Positions 42,135 through 51,644 of a stretch of DNA of 64,000 nucleotides are shown here, one piece after another. A program made the translations under genes and the position numbers. Source of the DNA: Terriglobales bacterium. Its GTDB lineage: Bacteria; Acidobacteriota; Terriglobia; Terriglobales; Acidobacteriaceae. Position 1 is the stretch's first letter. Every line of letters begins with the position of its first letter. The stretch covers positions 233,942 through 297,941 of the forward strand of contig JAOAPE010000012.1 of NCBI GenBank assembly GCA_025462725.1, read 5' to 3'. The notes under the pieces are model-generated. The model did not search any database. It saw only the letters and a program-made list of their open reading frames with translations, and was not told the DNA's origin.

Positions 42135-43040
42135 TCAAACCGATGCTGCTAGCGGTTTAGAAGCTGCAGTGCTCGAAGGTTTTCCATCGAATGCGGCATG
42201 CTCGATCTCCGCGTTCACTTCGCCGCCGATTAGGATCGCAGCTCCGGTCACGTAGAACCACAGCATCAGCACGATAACCGCTTCCAGAGATCCGTAGGTG
42301 TGTCCGTAAGCGTTGTGGTAATCGAGATAAGTGCGGAATCCGATGGAAAAGAGAACCCAGAGCCCCACTCCGACGATGGAACCGGGCAGCACCCAAGGCC
42401 AACCGTGGTCTTTGAAATCCGGCCCGAAGTGGTAGATGAGCCCGAAAGCAAGCAACATGAAGGTAGTGATCATCGGCCATTGCAAAACTCGCCAGAATAC
42501 CGCCAGCGCATCGTCGTATCCGTAACCGTGAGCCAGCGCAGATGACATTCGCGCGCTGTAAATAATGAAGAGCAGTGCTGCCATGACTAAGACTCCTAAC
42601 GCTCCGGTCAGGGCGATTGCGACGATCCTGCGTTTGATCCAAGGGCGATGCTCGTGCACATCGTAGGCGATGTTCAACGTCGAGGTGATCGCGCCCATGC
42701 CGTTGGAAGCAGCCCACAAGGTTGCGAGAAGTCCGAACATCAGAGTCCCGCCTGTACTTGCGTGCGTGGTCTCTTCAATCGTGTGATTGACGAGCGCGGA
42801 AGCTGCACCGGGAAGCACTTGCGCGAGGTATTGCATGAGGTGCGATTTCATCTGCGCGCCAATGTCTGGGATCAGTCCCATTAGCGATATGAGAAAGATC
42901 AGCAGCGGAAACAGCGCCAGAAGGAAGTAATAAGACAGCTGCGCTGCCCGCCCGAGTACGTCGTCTTTTTCAATCTCGAGCCAAACACGCTTGCAAAGCT
43001 GCCACGCAGAAAGGCCGCCGAGATGCAGAACTGAATTCAT
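42135..43040 (-). CDS. YihY/BrkB family membrane protein
   Basis: AAQLSYYFLLALFPLLIFLISL and six TM helices. Confidence 0.8.
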   Translation of the reverse strand: MNSVLHLGGLSAWQLCKRVWLEIEKDDVLGRAAQLSYYFLLALFPLLIFLISLMGLIPDIGAQMKSHLMQYLAQVLPGAASALVNHTIEETTHASTGGTLMFGLLATLWAASNGMGAITSTLNIAYDVHEHRPWIKRRIVAIALTGALGVLVMAALLFIIYSARMSSALAHGYGYDDALAVFWRVLQWPMITTFMLLAFGLIYHFGPDFKDHGWPWVLPGSIVGVGLWVLFSIGFRTYLDYHNAYGHTYGSLEAVIVLMLWFYVTGAAILIGGEVNAEIEHAAFDGKPSSTAASKPLAASV

Positions 43041-43065
43041 GGATTACAAATGTCCCGAAGAGAGG

Positions 43066-43081
43066 AATGTTGCGGAACATT
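43066..43081. promoter_or_regulatory. Inverted repeat AATGTT-gcgg-AACATT just upstream of the YihY-family gene
   Basis: Perfect 6-bp arms, 26 nt upstream of the reverse-strand start at 43040. Confidence 0.25.
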
Positions 43082-43576
43082 GTAGGCACGAAGTGGGAAA
43101 TTACCTACGCAATTGTGGAGTGGATTAACCAGCGCACCGAAAAAAGCTGATCCAGCTGCGGCCCATGTTACCGGGACAACTGGGGGCGTAGAGGTCGAAC
43201 GAAAGTGGGAGCGGCAAGATTACCTCTCTCCAGGACAAGAGCTAGTGCAAATTCAGACTAAGTGATGGACTTTGCGGCCTAACTGCGATTGTCGTAAGTT
43301 CGACGATTGTCGTCGACGAAAATCAACATTCGTCAGCCAGATCTATACTCCACGATGCGTATCCGCTAATGCCTTCAATGCATTGTGAAGCATCCTCGTC
43401 AAGAAATCTTTGGCATCTCAAATGCTTTTTATTTCAGTGAGGCGTGGAGATTCCAAATCCGCTTAGGGTTCTTCCAGGACACAGTAATCCTCCCGCTACA
43501 AGAAGAGCTGCTTGGGCCTTTTCTTTCAGAGGTTCGGAAAGTCCACGCCTCACTAATTCAAAATCGGAGTTCTTCA

Positions 43577-44761
43577 ATGGCATTAACTAAAACTAATGAA
43601 CGCGAACAAACCAAAGTCTCTAAAAGCCCTCAACCGATCAGGGGTAACCAGGGCGCAAGTATCATGGGCCCCACAAATCCCTCCCGCGAAGCCGAAAACC
43701 AGGACACATTGGTGCCGCCGTCAATGGACCACGGCACTATGGCAAACATGAGGTGGTCTTTCGCGGACAGCCACATGCATTTGTCAGAAGGTGGCTGGGG
43801 ACGGCAGACCACGATGCGCGAATTGCCCAGCGCCAAGGAGGCTGCAGGGGTCAACATGCGGCTCACTGCGGGCGGGGTTCGCGAGTTGCATTGGCACACA
43901 GCGGCCGAGTGGGCGTACATGCTGAAAGGCCGAGCGCGAATCACCGCCATCGACCAGGATAGTCGCGCCTTCCAAGACGACGTCGGCGAGGGTGACTTGT
44001 GGTACTTCCCTGCAGGCATTCCGCATTCCATCCAGGGACTCGAGCCCGACGGCTGCGAGTTCCTGCTGGTCTTCGATGACGGCAACTTCTCTGAGGAGGC
44101 GACCTTCCTGCTCAGCGACTGGTTGGCTCATACCCCGAAAGACATTCTCGCCAAAAACTTTGGCGTGCCAGAGAGCGCTTTTGATCACATTCCGCAAAAG
44201 GACCTCTGGATATTCCAAGCGCAAGTGCCGGGTCCATTGTCGCAGGATCGCGTCGCGGGCAGAGGGCCTGTACCAAACACTTTTAGTCATCACATGCGGG
44301 CACAGGAGCCTATCCGGACGAAAGGTGGCACCGTCCGCATCACCGATTCCTCATTGTTCAAGGCGTCCAAGACGATTGCTTCCGCCTTTGTAGAGATTGA
44401 ACCGGGCGGTATGCGCGAACTGCATTGGCACCCGAATGCCGATGAGTGGCAGTACTACATCTCAGGCGAAGCGCGGATGACCGTCTTCGCGGCGGAGAAC
44501 AATGCACGTACTTTCAACTTCCAAGCAGGCGACGTCGGCTCGGTGCCGTTTGCGATGGGTCATTACATCGAGAATATCGGTTCGGAGACTCTGCGATTTC
44601 TGGAGATCTTTCGCAGTGACCATTACGCCGACGTCTCGCTGGCCCAATGGTTGAAGTTCACGCCCCACGAACTCGTGCGTGCGCACCTGAACATCGATGA
44701 GTCAGTGCTCGTGAAAATCCCGGAGAACAAGACTCCAGTCGTGGCGGCTAAGGCAGCGTGA
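43577..44761 (+). CDS. oxdC: Oxalate decarboxylase (Mn bicupin)
   Basis: Collinear with B. subtilis OxdC as I recall it: [90 protein letters not shown]. Start at ATG 43577 with GGAG upstream. Confidence 0.9.
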   Translation: MALTKTNEREQTKVSKSPQPIRGNQGASIMGPTNPSREAENQDTLVPPSMDHGTMANMRWSFADSHMHLSEGGWGRQTTMRELPSAKEAAGVNMRLTAGGVRELHWHTAAEWAYMLKGRARITAIDQDSRAFQDDVGEGDLWYFPAGIPHSIQGLEPDGCEFLLVFDDGNFSEEATFLLSDWLAHTPKDILAKNFGVPESAFDHIPQKDLWIFQAQVPGPLSQDRVAGRGPVPNTFSHHMRAQEPIRTKGGTVRITDSSLFKASKTIASAFVEIEPGGMRELHWHPNADEWQYYISGEARMTVFAAENNARTFNFQAGDVGSVPFAMGHYIENIGSETLRFLEIFRSDHYADVSLAQWLKFTPHELVRAHLNIDESVLVKIPENKTPVVAAKAA

Positions 44762-44793
44762 ACTCGCGCGAGCAACTTGGAGTGATTCAAATC

Positions 44794-45558
44794 ATGGCAG
44801 CTGAACTCGTGACAAAGATCCAACATCCGGCGGACGAAGTCATAGTTCGCGACCTACTGCTAAATGTACTGGCAGTTTCGTCGGGAGCCATCGACGCGAT
44901 CAGCTTTCTTGCGTTGGGTAAGGTCTTCTCAGCTTTCATGACGGGAAACATCGCGTTTCTGGGGCTCAGGGTTGCTGGTGCCCCTGCGCCGGGAGTCGTC
45001 GCGATCGTCGTCTCCCTCGCCGGATTCGCGGCGGGAGTCTATGTCTCGGCACGAATCGTGAAGCCTACTGTAGGTTCATGCACGTGGCCCAAACGAGTGA
45101 CGGTGGCGCTTGGCTTATCGCTGATCGCGCATGCTGTTTTCCTCGCTGTTTGGTTCGCCAGCAACGGCCAGCCTTCGATTGATGTCTCTCATGTTCTGCT
45201 CGGCTCGTGGGGGTTTGCGATGGGTATGCAGAGCGCGGCGGTCCGAACACTCCATGTGGAAGGCGTGTTTACGACCGCTGCGACCGCGACCATCATCCTA
45301 CTTGTTAGTGACATTACGAATTGGTCCGCAACGGTTGCAGAGAGGCGGAGACTTGCAGGCGTGCTCATTTCTTTGTTCGTGGGCGCCACCGCTGGTGGCC
45401 TTCTTTTAGTACACGCGCACATTTATGCCCCCGTTCTGCCATTCGTCATCACCATCGCGGTGGTCGCAACTGCGGCCATTGTGTTGCGGGATCATCACAC
45501 GGCTAGAGAACGGGATTTTTACAACGATCAACCTGACTTATCAAAGGAGAAATTATGA
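44794..45558 (+). CDS. DUF1275 (YoaK-like) membrane protein
   Basis: SGAIDAISFLALGKVFSAFMTGN motif, multi-TM. ATG 44794 has GGAG upstream. An alternative GTG at 44758 overlaps the oxdC stop. Confidence 0.7.
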   Translation: MAAELVTKIQHPADEVIVRDLLLNVLAVSSGAIDAISFLALGKVFSAFMTGNIAFLGLRVAGAPAPGVVAIVVSLAGFAAGVYVSARIVKPTVGSCTWPKRVTVALGLSLIAHAVFLAVWFASNGQPSIDVSHVLLGSWGFAMGMQSAAVRTLHVEGVFTTAATATIILLVSDITNWSATVAERRRLAGVLISLFVGATAGGLLLVHAHIYAPVLPFVITIAVVATAAIVLRDHHTARERDFYNDQPDLSKEKL

Positions 45559-46082
45559 AAACACGCAACAGGTTTGTTTTACCCGTGATGTTCCTGTTTT
45601 TGTCCGCCGCGTCATTCGCGCAACAAGTGAAGACCGACTATGACCGAAGCGCAAATTTTGCCCAGTATAAGACATACTCCTGGCAAAAGGTCGACACAAG
45701 AGATCCGCTGTGGGAGGGAAGAATCAAGAGTGCCGTGGATCAAGCCTTGACAGCGAAAGGCTGGACGCAGGTGCCCTCGGGCGGCGACGTCTCACTCGTC
45801 GCGATGGAGACGACTAAGAACCAGCAATCTCTGAATACTTTTTACAATGGGTTTGGAGGAGGTTGGCGTTGGGGAGGCTTCGGAGATTCGACTACGACCG
45901 TTGACAACTACAAGGTCGGCACCTTGCTGCTCGACATGTTCGACACGCAGTCGAAGAAGTTGCTCTGGCGAGGTTCAGCCAGTGACACGCTATCAAACAA
46001 GTCCGACAAGAACATAAAGAATCTCGACAAGGGAGTGCAAAAGATGCTCAAAGATTTCCCGCCGGGAGCGACGAAAAAATAA
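45555..46082 (+). CDS. DUF4136 lipoprotein-like protein
   Basis: Signal peptide, VKTDYDRSANFAQYKTYSW, LLLDMFDTQSKKLLWRG. ATGA overlap with the upstream gene. Confidence 0.75.
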   Translation: MKTRNRFVLPVMFLFLSAASFAQQVKTDYDRSANFAQYKTYSWQKVDTRDPLWEGRIKSAVDQALTAKGWTQVPSGGDVSLVAMETTKNQQSLNTFYNGFGGGWRWGGFGDSTTTVDNYKVGTLLLDMFDTQSKKLLWRGSASDTLSNKSDKNIKNLDKGVQKMLKDFPPGATKK

Positions 46083-46153
46083 GTGGCTCGCTATGGACTG
46101 GTGCAACAAAGCTTTGAACTAATGCTCAGTCCTCGCGAGAAGGAGATTCAATC

Positions 46154-47230
46154 ATGCAATTGATCAGAAAGCATGTGACATTTTTTCTTTGTGTAGCTCT
46201 GGTGCTAGGCACCACGCCAATGGGGTTTGCCCAACAAGCGGATCAATCCGCCACACCAACGCCGGTTCAGTCAGCACTGGAGACTCCTGAACAGTTGCAA
46301 CAGCTGGTAGCACCGATCGCCTTGTATCCGGACGCACTGGTCGCGCAGATTCTCGCGGCCTCCACATATCCGGCTCAACTGGTGGAAGCTGACCGATGGA
46401 TGCAGCAGCATTCAAACCTGAAGGGAGACCAATTAGCCCAGGAAGTGAATAAGCAGAATTGGGATCCCAGTGTAAAAGCGCTCACACAATATCCTTCGGT
46501 TCTCGCAAACCTGGATAAGAACATTACATGGACCTCGGGACTTGGCGACGCCTACACCAACCAGCAACAGGATGTAATGAACGCAGTGCAAGTGCTGCGT
46601 CAGCGGGCGCAGCAGTCCGGGAACTTGCAGAGTACGCCGCAGCAGACTGTATCCACTCAGGGCCAGACGATCGTGATTCAACCAGCCAACCCACAGGTCG
46701 TTTACGTTCCGCAATACGATCCGTGGGTTGTGTATGGATTGCCGGTAGTCGCCTATCCAGGTTGGTATCCATATCCTGGACTGTACATCGGAGGGCCAGG
46801 GATCCTATTTGGCACCGGCTTTGGTATTGGCTTCTTTAGCGGATTTGGGTGGGGTTTCAACAACTGGGGATTTGATTGGGGCGCCCGCCGGGTGATTTTC
46901 AATCGTAACGTTTACGTCTCTCATAGCAGGACATTTGTGAATCGCGGCAACTTCGCCCGTGGGCGGGCAGATTTCAACCGCGGAGGAGAAATTCGCGGCG
47001 GCGGGCTCAATCGTGGAGGAGAGATTCGCGGTGGTGGTTTCAATCGTGGAGGAGAAATTCGCGGCACGGCCCCTGTCTCTCACGGATTTGCGGAGCCACA
47101 CGGCACCTCCGGCATGCGTTCCGGCGCGTTCAGCGGCTTTAATCATGGAGGCGTTGCGCGGGGATTCTCGGCCCGTGGCGCATCGAGCTTCCACGGAGGC
47201 GGCGGGCACGGTGGCGGAAGTCACAGGTAG
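46154..47230 (+). CDS. DUF3300 protein with a Gly/Arg-rich repetitive C-terminus
   Basis: LVAPIALYPDALVAQILAASTYPAQLVEADRWMQ is the DUF3300 signature. Confidence 0.8.
   Translation: MQLIRKHVTFFLCVALVLGTTPMGFAQQADQSATPTPVQSALETPEQLQQLVAPIALYPDALVAQILAASTYPAQLVEADRWMQQHSNLKGDQLAQEVNKQNWDPSVKALTQYPSVLANLDKNITWTSGLGDAYTNQQQDVMNAVQVLRQRAQQSGNLQSTPQQTVSTQGQTIVIQPANPQVVYVPQYDPWVVYGLPVVAYPGWYPYPGLYIGGPGILFGTGFGIGFFSGFGWGFNNWGFDWGARRVIFNRNVYVSHSRTFVNRGNFARGRADFNRGGEIRGGGLNRGGEIRGGGFNRGGEIRGTAPVSHGFAEPHGTSGMRSGAFSGFNHGGVARGFSARGASSFHGGGGHGGGSHR
46976..47065 (+). repeat. In-frame 33-nt tandem repeat (2.7 copies) encoding NRGGEIRGGG(L/F)
   Basis: Units at 46976..47008, 47009..47041 and 47042..47065, read directly. 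Confidence 0.85.
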
Positions 47231-47278
47231 CTTTAGTTCATTCAAACAGCTGTAAATGGTCGAAATGGAGAAGCCATC

Positions 47279-48121
47279 ATGAAGGAAAATAAGATCAGGC
47301 TCGAAATAACTCGTGGAGGCAGACTGACACGAAGAGCCGCCTCCGCATTATTCGCATTGTTGGTGGCGACCTCTGCCCCACTTTGTTTTGCTCAGCGGCC
47401 GGCCCCGGAGAGCTTCTCCTCGCCCGAAAAGGCGGCTGACGCTTTTGTTGCCGCTGTGAAGGCTGATGATGATCAGGCCATGATGAAGATACTCGGGGGC
47501 GGGAAAGCACTCGTTTCATTGGAAGACGAAGTTCAAAACAAGCAGGAGCGAGAGACTTTCGTCCGTAAATATAAGGAGATGCACCGCTTGGTGCGCGAAC
47601 CCGACCGTACAACGGTGTTGTACATCGGCGCAGAGAATTGGCCTTTCCCTGTCCCGCTTGTAGCAACCCGTGGTAGCTGGCATTTCGACGCCAGAACCGG
47701 CATGAGAGAAGTGCTTTACCGGCGAATCGGGGAAAATGAAACCAAGGCGATTGAAGCCTGCCACGCTCTAGCCCAGGCAAAACGAGAAAGTGAGTCAAAC
47801 CAAGACGAAGAAACTGCTGATAGTTCCATCAGAGCTTTGCTGAAAACCAGCGATGACGGTTCTGCAAACCAGAATGAGCCGGTCCAATCCGATGGTTACT
47901 ACTTCCAAACCCCTAAGGGACTGAACAAAAACGCGCCCGCTGGGGGCAACGCGGGAGTCAGCTTCATTGCCTATCCCGTGGAGTACCGAAAATCTGGAGT
48001 GATGACTTTTATCGTCACCGACGATGACGTCGTCTACCAAAAAGATCTAGGCCCGAACACGGGGAGGCTCGCCAAAAGCATGGTGACGTACAAACCGAGT
48101 ACGTGGCGGAAAGCGGAATGA
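47279..48121 (+). CDS. DUF2950 protein (usual partner of DUF3300)
   Basis: Signal peptide, FSSPEKAADAFVAAVKADD, NWPFPVPL, GYYF. Adjacent to DUF3300. Confidence 0.65.
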   Translation: MKENKIRLEITRGGRLTRRAASALFALLVATSAPLCFAQRPAPESFSSPEKAADAFVAAVKADDDQAMMKILGGGKALVSLEDEVQNKQERETFVRKYKEMHRLVREPDRTTVLYIGAENWPFPVPLVATRGSWHFDARTGMREVLYRRIGENETKAIEACHALAQAKRESESNQDEETADSSIRALLKTSDDGSANQNEPVQSDGYYFQTPKGLNKNAPAGGNAGVSFIAYPVEYRKSGVMTFIVTDDDVVYQKDLGPNTGRLAKSMVTYKPSTWRKAE

Positions 48122-48178
48122 AGATTGAGCTACCATGAAGGCGAAGTTGCTGAAGCCATCGCTTGGGTATAGAGCTGT

Positions 48179-48206
48179 GCGGGCGGGCTAAACAGCACCC
48201 GCCCGC
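48179..48206. terminator. GC-rich hairpin between convergent genes (DUF2950 / LVIVD)
   Basis: GCGGGCGGG ctaaacagca CCCGCCCGC, followed by TTGGAATTTGTTT. Confidence 0.6.
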
Positions 48207-48217
48207 TTGGAATTTGT

Positions 48218-50239
48218 TTACACGGTCGGATGCTCCAGAATCTCAGCCAACGCACGCAAACGTGAGGAATCCGTCTGGCTTTTCATCGTGCCAGCGTCCT
48301 TCATCAGGGATGGTGCCATGCGCTTCAACTTTGAGAGATCACCCTTGCTCATGTGAGAACTCTCCGCGCTTTGAATCGCTTTTTGCAGATCTGCGATCTT
48401 CTCAGGGGCCAGCGCTTGTGACCGCGACAACTGGTCCACGTAGGCCTTTGCGACGACTAGATTTGCCGGCCACACGATCTTCTGTTGGTTCTGCACATTC
48501 AGCTCAGTCGTGCGAACGGCTTTCGCAGCATCAATCTCATTCTGCGTCAGGAACTTCGTCGGAGACAGTTCAAATACATCCAGGCCACGTGCAATCTCTG
48601 AACCGTAGATGTAGCCGTTATACCAATACGCTGACCACTCACCGCCCAGCACCAGCATCTTCGGATCGATCGGCCCACGATCAAAATATGCAAGCTCAAA
48701 TGGATTCGCCGGATCGGTAAAGTCCATAACGGAGACGCCGCCCTGGTACCAAGCCTGCACTTCGATATCGCGCCCGGGAACCGGAATCAGCGACCCGTTG
48801 TGTGCCACACAGTTTTCGGTGTCGCCCTGTGCCGCCGGCAGCTTGTAATAGTTCGCGAAGCTCAGTTTGGCATTTTTCAGACTGAAGATCGCATCCGCTC
48901 CCCATTTGTTCGGGTCGGTTGGACGGCACCGCGCACCAAGGCCGCCGCCCCACTCATCTGTAAATACAACTTTGCTCCCATCATTCGAGAACGAAGCCGA
49001 ATGCCAGTAAGAATAGTTCGGGTCGTTCACGGCATCCACACGTTTCGGATGTATCGGGTCCTTGATGTCCAGCAGGATTCCGTTTCCGGAGCACGCACCC
49101 GCCGCTAACCCGATCGCCGAGTAAACGGTGATGTCGTGGCACTGGTCAGTGTCCGCCGGCTTCTCGGAGCCTGTCTTTCCATGAGTCCCGCCGTTGTTCA
49201 AGCCGTTCATCGCGCCGGTTCGGGCGTCAATGAATATCCTAGGACTGGACACTACTTTCGCATCTTGCGGGGCAGCCACGGGAACCTTGATCACTTCGAT
49301 ACGAAACAGCGCTGTATTCGGATCTTTATCTGGTTTTTCGCCAGAGCATCCGGCTAGCTCTTCCGCCTGACGCACGAACGACGTGCCGGAAACGTAAATG
49401 TAAACATTATCTTTGTCATTGGGATCGACTACCAGGGTATGCGTGTGCGATCCACGGCATGTCTGCACGGCCGCGACCTGCTTCGGGTTCGTAATGTCAG
49501 AGATGTCGAAGATCCTTACGCCGCGGAAACGTTCTTTTTGCGCCACCGGCAAACGCCGTTTCTTTTCTTTTTCCTGCTCCGGGGTAGGAGGCGGTTCAGC
49601 CGGAAAACCTTGCGTGCCGCAATCTAATCGTCCGTTCGGCATTTCTACTGACATAAACAGAAGGTTTTTATAAACAGACACATCGCCTTGTCCGCCGGGA
49701 CACACCAACGTAGTGAGGAGCGTGGTCTTCGCCGGATTGGAGATGTCGAAGATATTCACGCCATAGAAATTCCCCTGAAACAGATGATTGCCCTGGAACG
49801 CAAAATCAGAGTTTGCGAAAGCAAGCTGCGCCAATACCAAGTGCATAGACTTCGGCATCTTCGAGGTGTTGCCCATGCCGAGCTGACTCAGCGTCTTCTG
49901 CACCTTTGCATCGTCGGGATTGTCAGTCCCAAGTTGGAATGCATCCGGCTTCTTGAGGAGCATAAGGTGTTTGATACCCATGGATGTTTCGCCCGCGTCA
50001 TATAGACCCGGGGCAAGCTTCGCGCGCGGATCGTTTGTGTCTGCTCCAGTCATGCCAGGAGCCAGCACAGGAGGGGGCTCCGGAGCAAACGGATTGGCTT
50101 CTTCCTGCGCGGCAGGGGCGGCCTGTGCTGGCGTTACCGGCGTAGGCGTCGGCGTCTGCCCTAACGTCGAGTTCACAGCCAAAAATAAAAACATCGTGGT
50201 AATTGCCACGCGAAGAGCGACACTGGGTATTCGGTTCAT
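48218..50239 (-). CDS. LVIVD-repeat beta-propeller protein, secreted
   Basis: 673 aa with a signal peptide. Repeated G(V)xIFDISxxxNP segments (GVNIFDISNPAKT, GVRIFDISDITNPKQV, GLDVFELS). Confidence 0.6.
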   Translation of the reverse strand: MNRIPSVALRVAITTMFLFLAVNSTLGQTPTPTPVTPAQAAPAAQEEANPFAPEPPPVLAPGMTGADTNDPRAKLAPGLYDAGETSMGIKHLMLLKKPDAFQLGTDNPDDAKVQKTLSQLGMGNTSKMPKSMHLVLAQLAFANSDFAFQGNHLFQGNFYGVNIFDISNPAKTTLLTTLVCPGGQGDVSVYKNLLFMSVEMPNGRLDCGTQGFPAEPPPTPEQEKEKKRRLPVAQKERFRGVRIFDISDITNPKQVAAVQTCRGSHTHTLVVDPNDKDNVYIYVSGTSFVRQAEELAGCSGEKPDKDPNTALFRIEVIKVPVAAPQDAKVVSSPRIFIDARTGAMNGLNNGGTHGKTGSEKPADTDQCHDITVYSAIGLAAGACSGNGILLDIKDPIHPKRVDAVNDPNYSYWHSASFSNDGSKVVFTDEWGGGLGARCRPTDPNKWGADAIFSLKNAKLSFANYYKLPAAQGDTENCVAHNGSLIPVPGRDIEVQAWYQGGVSVMDFTDPANPFELAYFDRGPIDPKMLVLGGEWSAYWYNGYIYGSEIARGLDVFELSPTKFLTQNEIDAAKAVRTTELNVQNQQKIVWPANLVVAKAYVDQLSRSQALAPEKIADLQKAIQSAESSHMSKGDLSKLKRMAPSLMKDAGTMKSQTDSSRLRALAEILEHPTV

Positions 50240-51012
50240 CTTTTCTCCTCTGGAAATTTCTTTTCAAACATTGCTTGCATGATCTTGATCTCGGCCCTTT
50301 GGGAGTTGTCAGCATCGGTCGCGAACTCAAACAGTTCAGCGTCCTGTCCGGCGCCTGCGGTGTCAAACAAACCCTTCACCATGGTCAAAGCGCCGTTGTG
50401 GTGCTGGATCATCCCTGCTAAAAATAATCGGTCGAAGGTGGAATCCTTCGCATTTCGCAGTGCTCTCATCTGTTCCGCAGAAAGCATGCCGGGCATAGCG
50501 GCCATTTGATCATGCGGCATCTTCATCTCCGGCACTCCCGCCATCGCTAGCGAAACTGGCTCTTCTCTTGCCGCGAGCCAGCGCCGCATGAATTTGATCT
50601 CGTCAGGCTGCGAGCTACTGATGCGAGCGCCTAGCGAGCGCAACTCCTTGTTCTCAGTATGCGAGGGAATCAGCGCCGTCATCTCCACTGCTTGGGAATG
50701 ATGCATGATCATACCCTGCATGAAATCCACTTCCGCCTGGGACCGGGGCGGCAGCTTTGCCATTGTGGACGGCGGCAGCTTTACGCTCGGCTTACCGGGC
50801 GCACCCGGCTGGACCACTACCGGCTTCAAAGTATTCGTTTGCTGTGCGTGCGCTGTAGAGCAGAAGAAGTCTGTTGGCACGCTCGCTGCGAACAGCAGGC
50901 TACACAAAGATGCTGTGACTCGTGCAGACGAGAGCTTGCGCTTGCGGCGGAGAGGATCAAGCAACCATTTTGAACTGTTGCTGAAGAGTTTCATTCCAGG
51001 AGAGTTCGTCAC
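50236..51012 (-). CDS. DUF305 family four-helix-bundle protein, secreted, Met/His-rich
   Basis: Two DUF305 motifs, FMQGMIMHHSQAVEM and FLAGMIQHHNGALTM, with a Met-rich linker PEMKMPHDQMAAMPGM. 4-nt overlap with the downstream LVIVD gene. Confidence 0.8.
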   Translation of the reverse strand: MTNSPGMKLFSNSSKWLLDPLRRKRKLSSARVTASLCSLLFAASVPTDFFCSTAHAQQTNTLKPVVVQPGAPGKPSVKLPPSTMAKLPPRSQAEVDFMQGMIMHHSQAVEMTALIPSHTENKELRSLGARISSSQPDEIKFMRRWLAAREEPVSLAMAGVPEMKMPHDQMAAMPGMLSAEQMRALRNAKDSTFDRLFLAGMIQHHNGALTMVKGLFDTAGAGQDAELFEFATDADNSQRAEIKIMQAMFEKKFPEEKR

Positions 51013-51098
51013 GAAATACTAACATTTCAGAGACTATCAAGGCTGGAGTGGTCGCTGGAGTTGCATGAGTGGGGTGTTGCCGGTATGCGGTGTGTATT

Positions 51099-51124
51099 GG
51101 TGATGGCCAGAGACGGAATCGAGC
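51099..51124 (-). repeat. Short degenerate copy of a tRNA 3' end (att-like direct repeat)
   Basis: The 19-nt core TGGCCAGAGACGGAATCGA (51104..51122) is identical to 51648..51666. Confidence 0.7.
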
Positions 51125-51160
51125 TACGTGGCAGATGGGCGGCTGGTTTTTAATCCAACC

Positions 51161-51562
51161 TTAGTTCGCAGACTTGCCTTGGCCATCCTTGTGGACCAGC
51201 TTCTCCAGAGCATAGCCGAGCGAAACGCCAACTGCGTAGCAGAGAAGGTCACTCCACACGAAAGTATCACCAAGGATCAAGCCTCCTAAAGTCGTGTGCC
51301 GCACCTGGTCTACGAACGGAGAATGGTACAGCTGGCTCAGTTCTATAGCGAAAGCAAACAGTAGTGCGTTTATGCAGACTCGCCAACTCGACCATCGCGG
51401 GAACAACATGCCTATCCCTAAGAAGGCGGTCAGCGCCCACAATGTATCGCCGGCATAAGCAGCGAGAAATCCCGGAAGCACCCTTGAGTATTTTCGTGAA
51501 GCAAGGCCGAGCACAATCACAACGATTGCAGCCAATAAATATTTGATTCGGTTTCTCTTCAT
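51161..51562 (-). CDS. DUF2809-like membrane protein
   Basis: 133 aa, 4 TM. GLASRKY...AGDTLWAL pattern. Confidence 0.5.
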   Translation of the reverse strand: MKRNRIKYLLAAIVVIVLGLASRKYSRVLPGFLAAYAGDTLWALTAFLGIGMLFPRWSSWRVCINALLFAFAIELSQLYHSPFVDQVRHTTLGGLILGDTFVWSDLLCYAVGVSLGYALEKLVHKDGQGKSAN

Positions 51563-51644
51563 TGTCTTGGGTGCCTCCGCGAGGCTCGCTCGTAGGAATG
51601 GAAACCAGAATTGATCCTTAGCGGTGCAAAGGTGATTAATTTAA

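Noticed and set aside
43385-43576. 64-aa N-terminal extension of oxdC
   Set aside because: Alignment with B. subtilis OxdC starts at MALTKTNE...PQPIRG, and ATG 43577 has an upstream GGAG. The extension has no homolog-like features.
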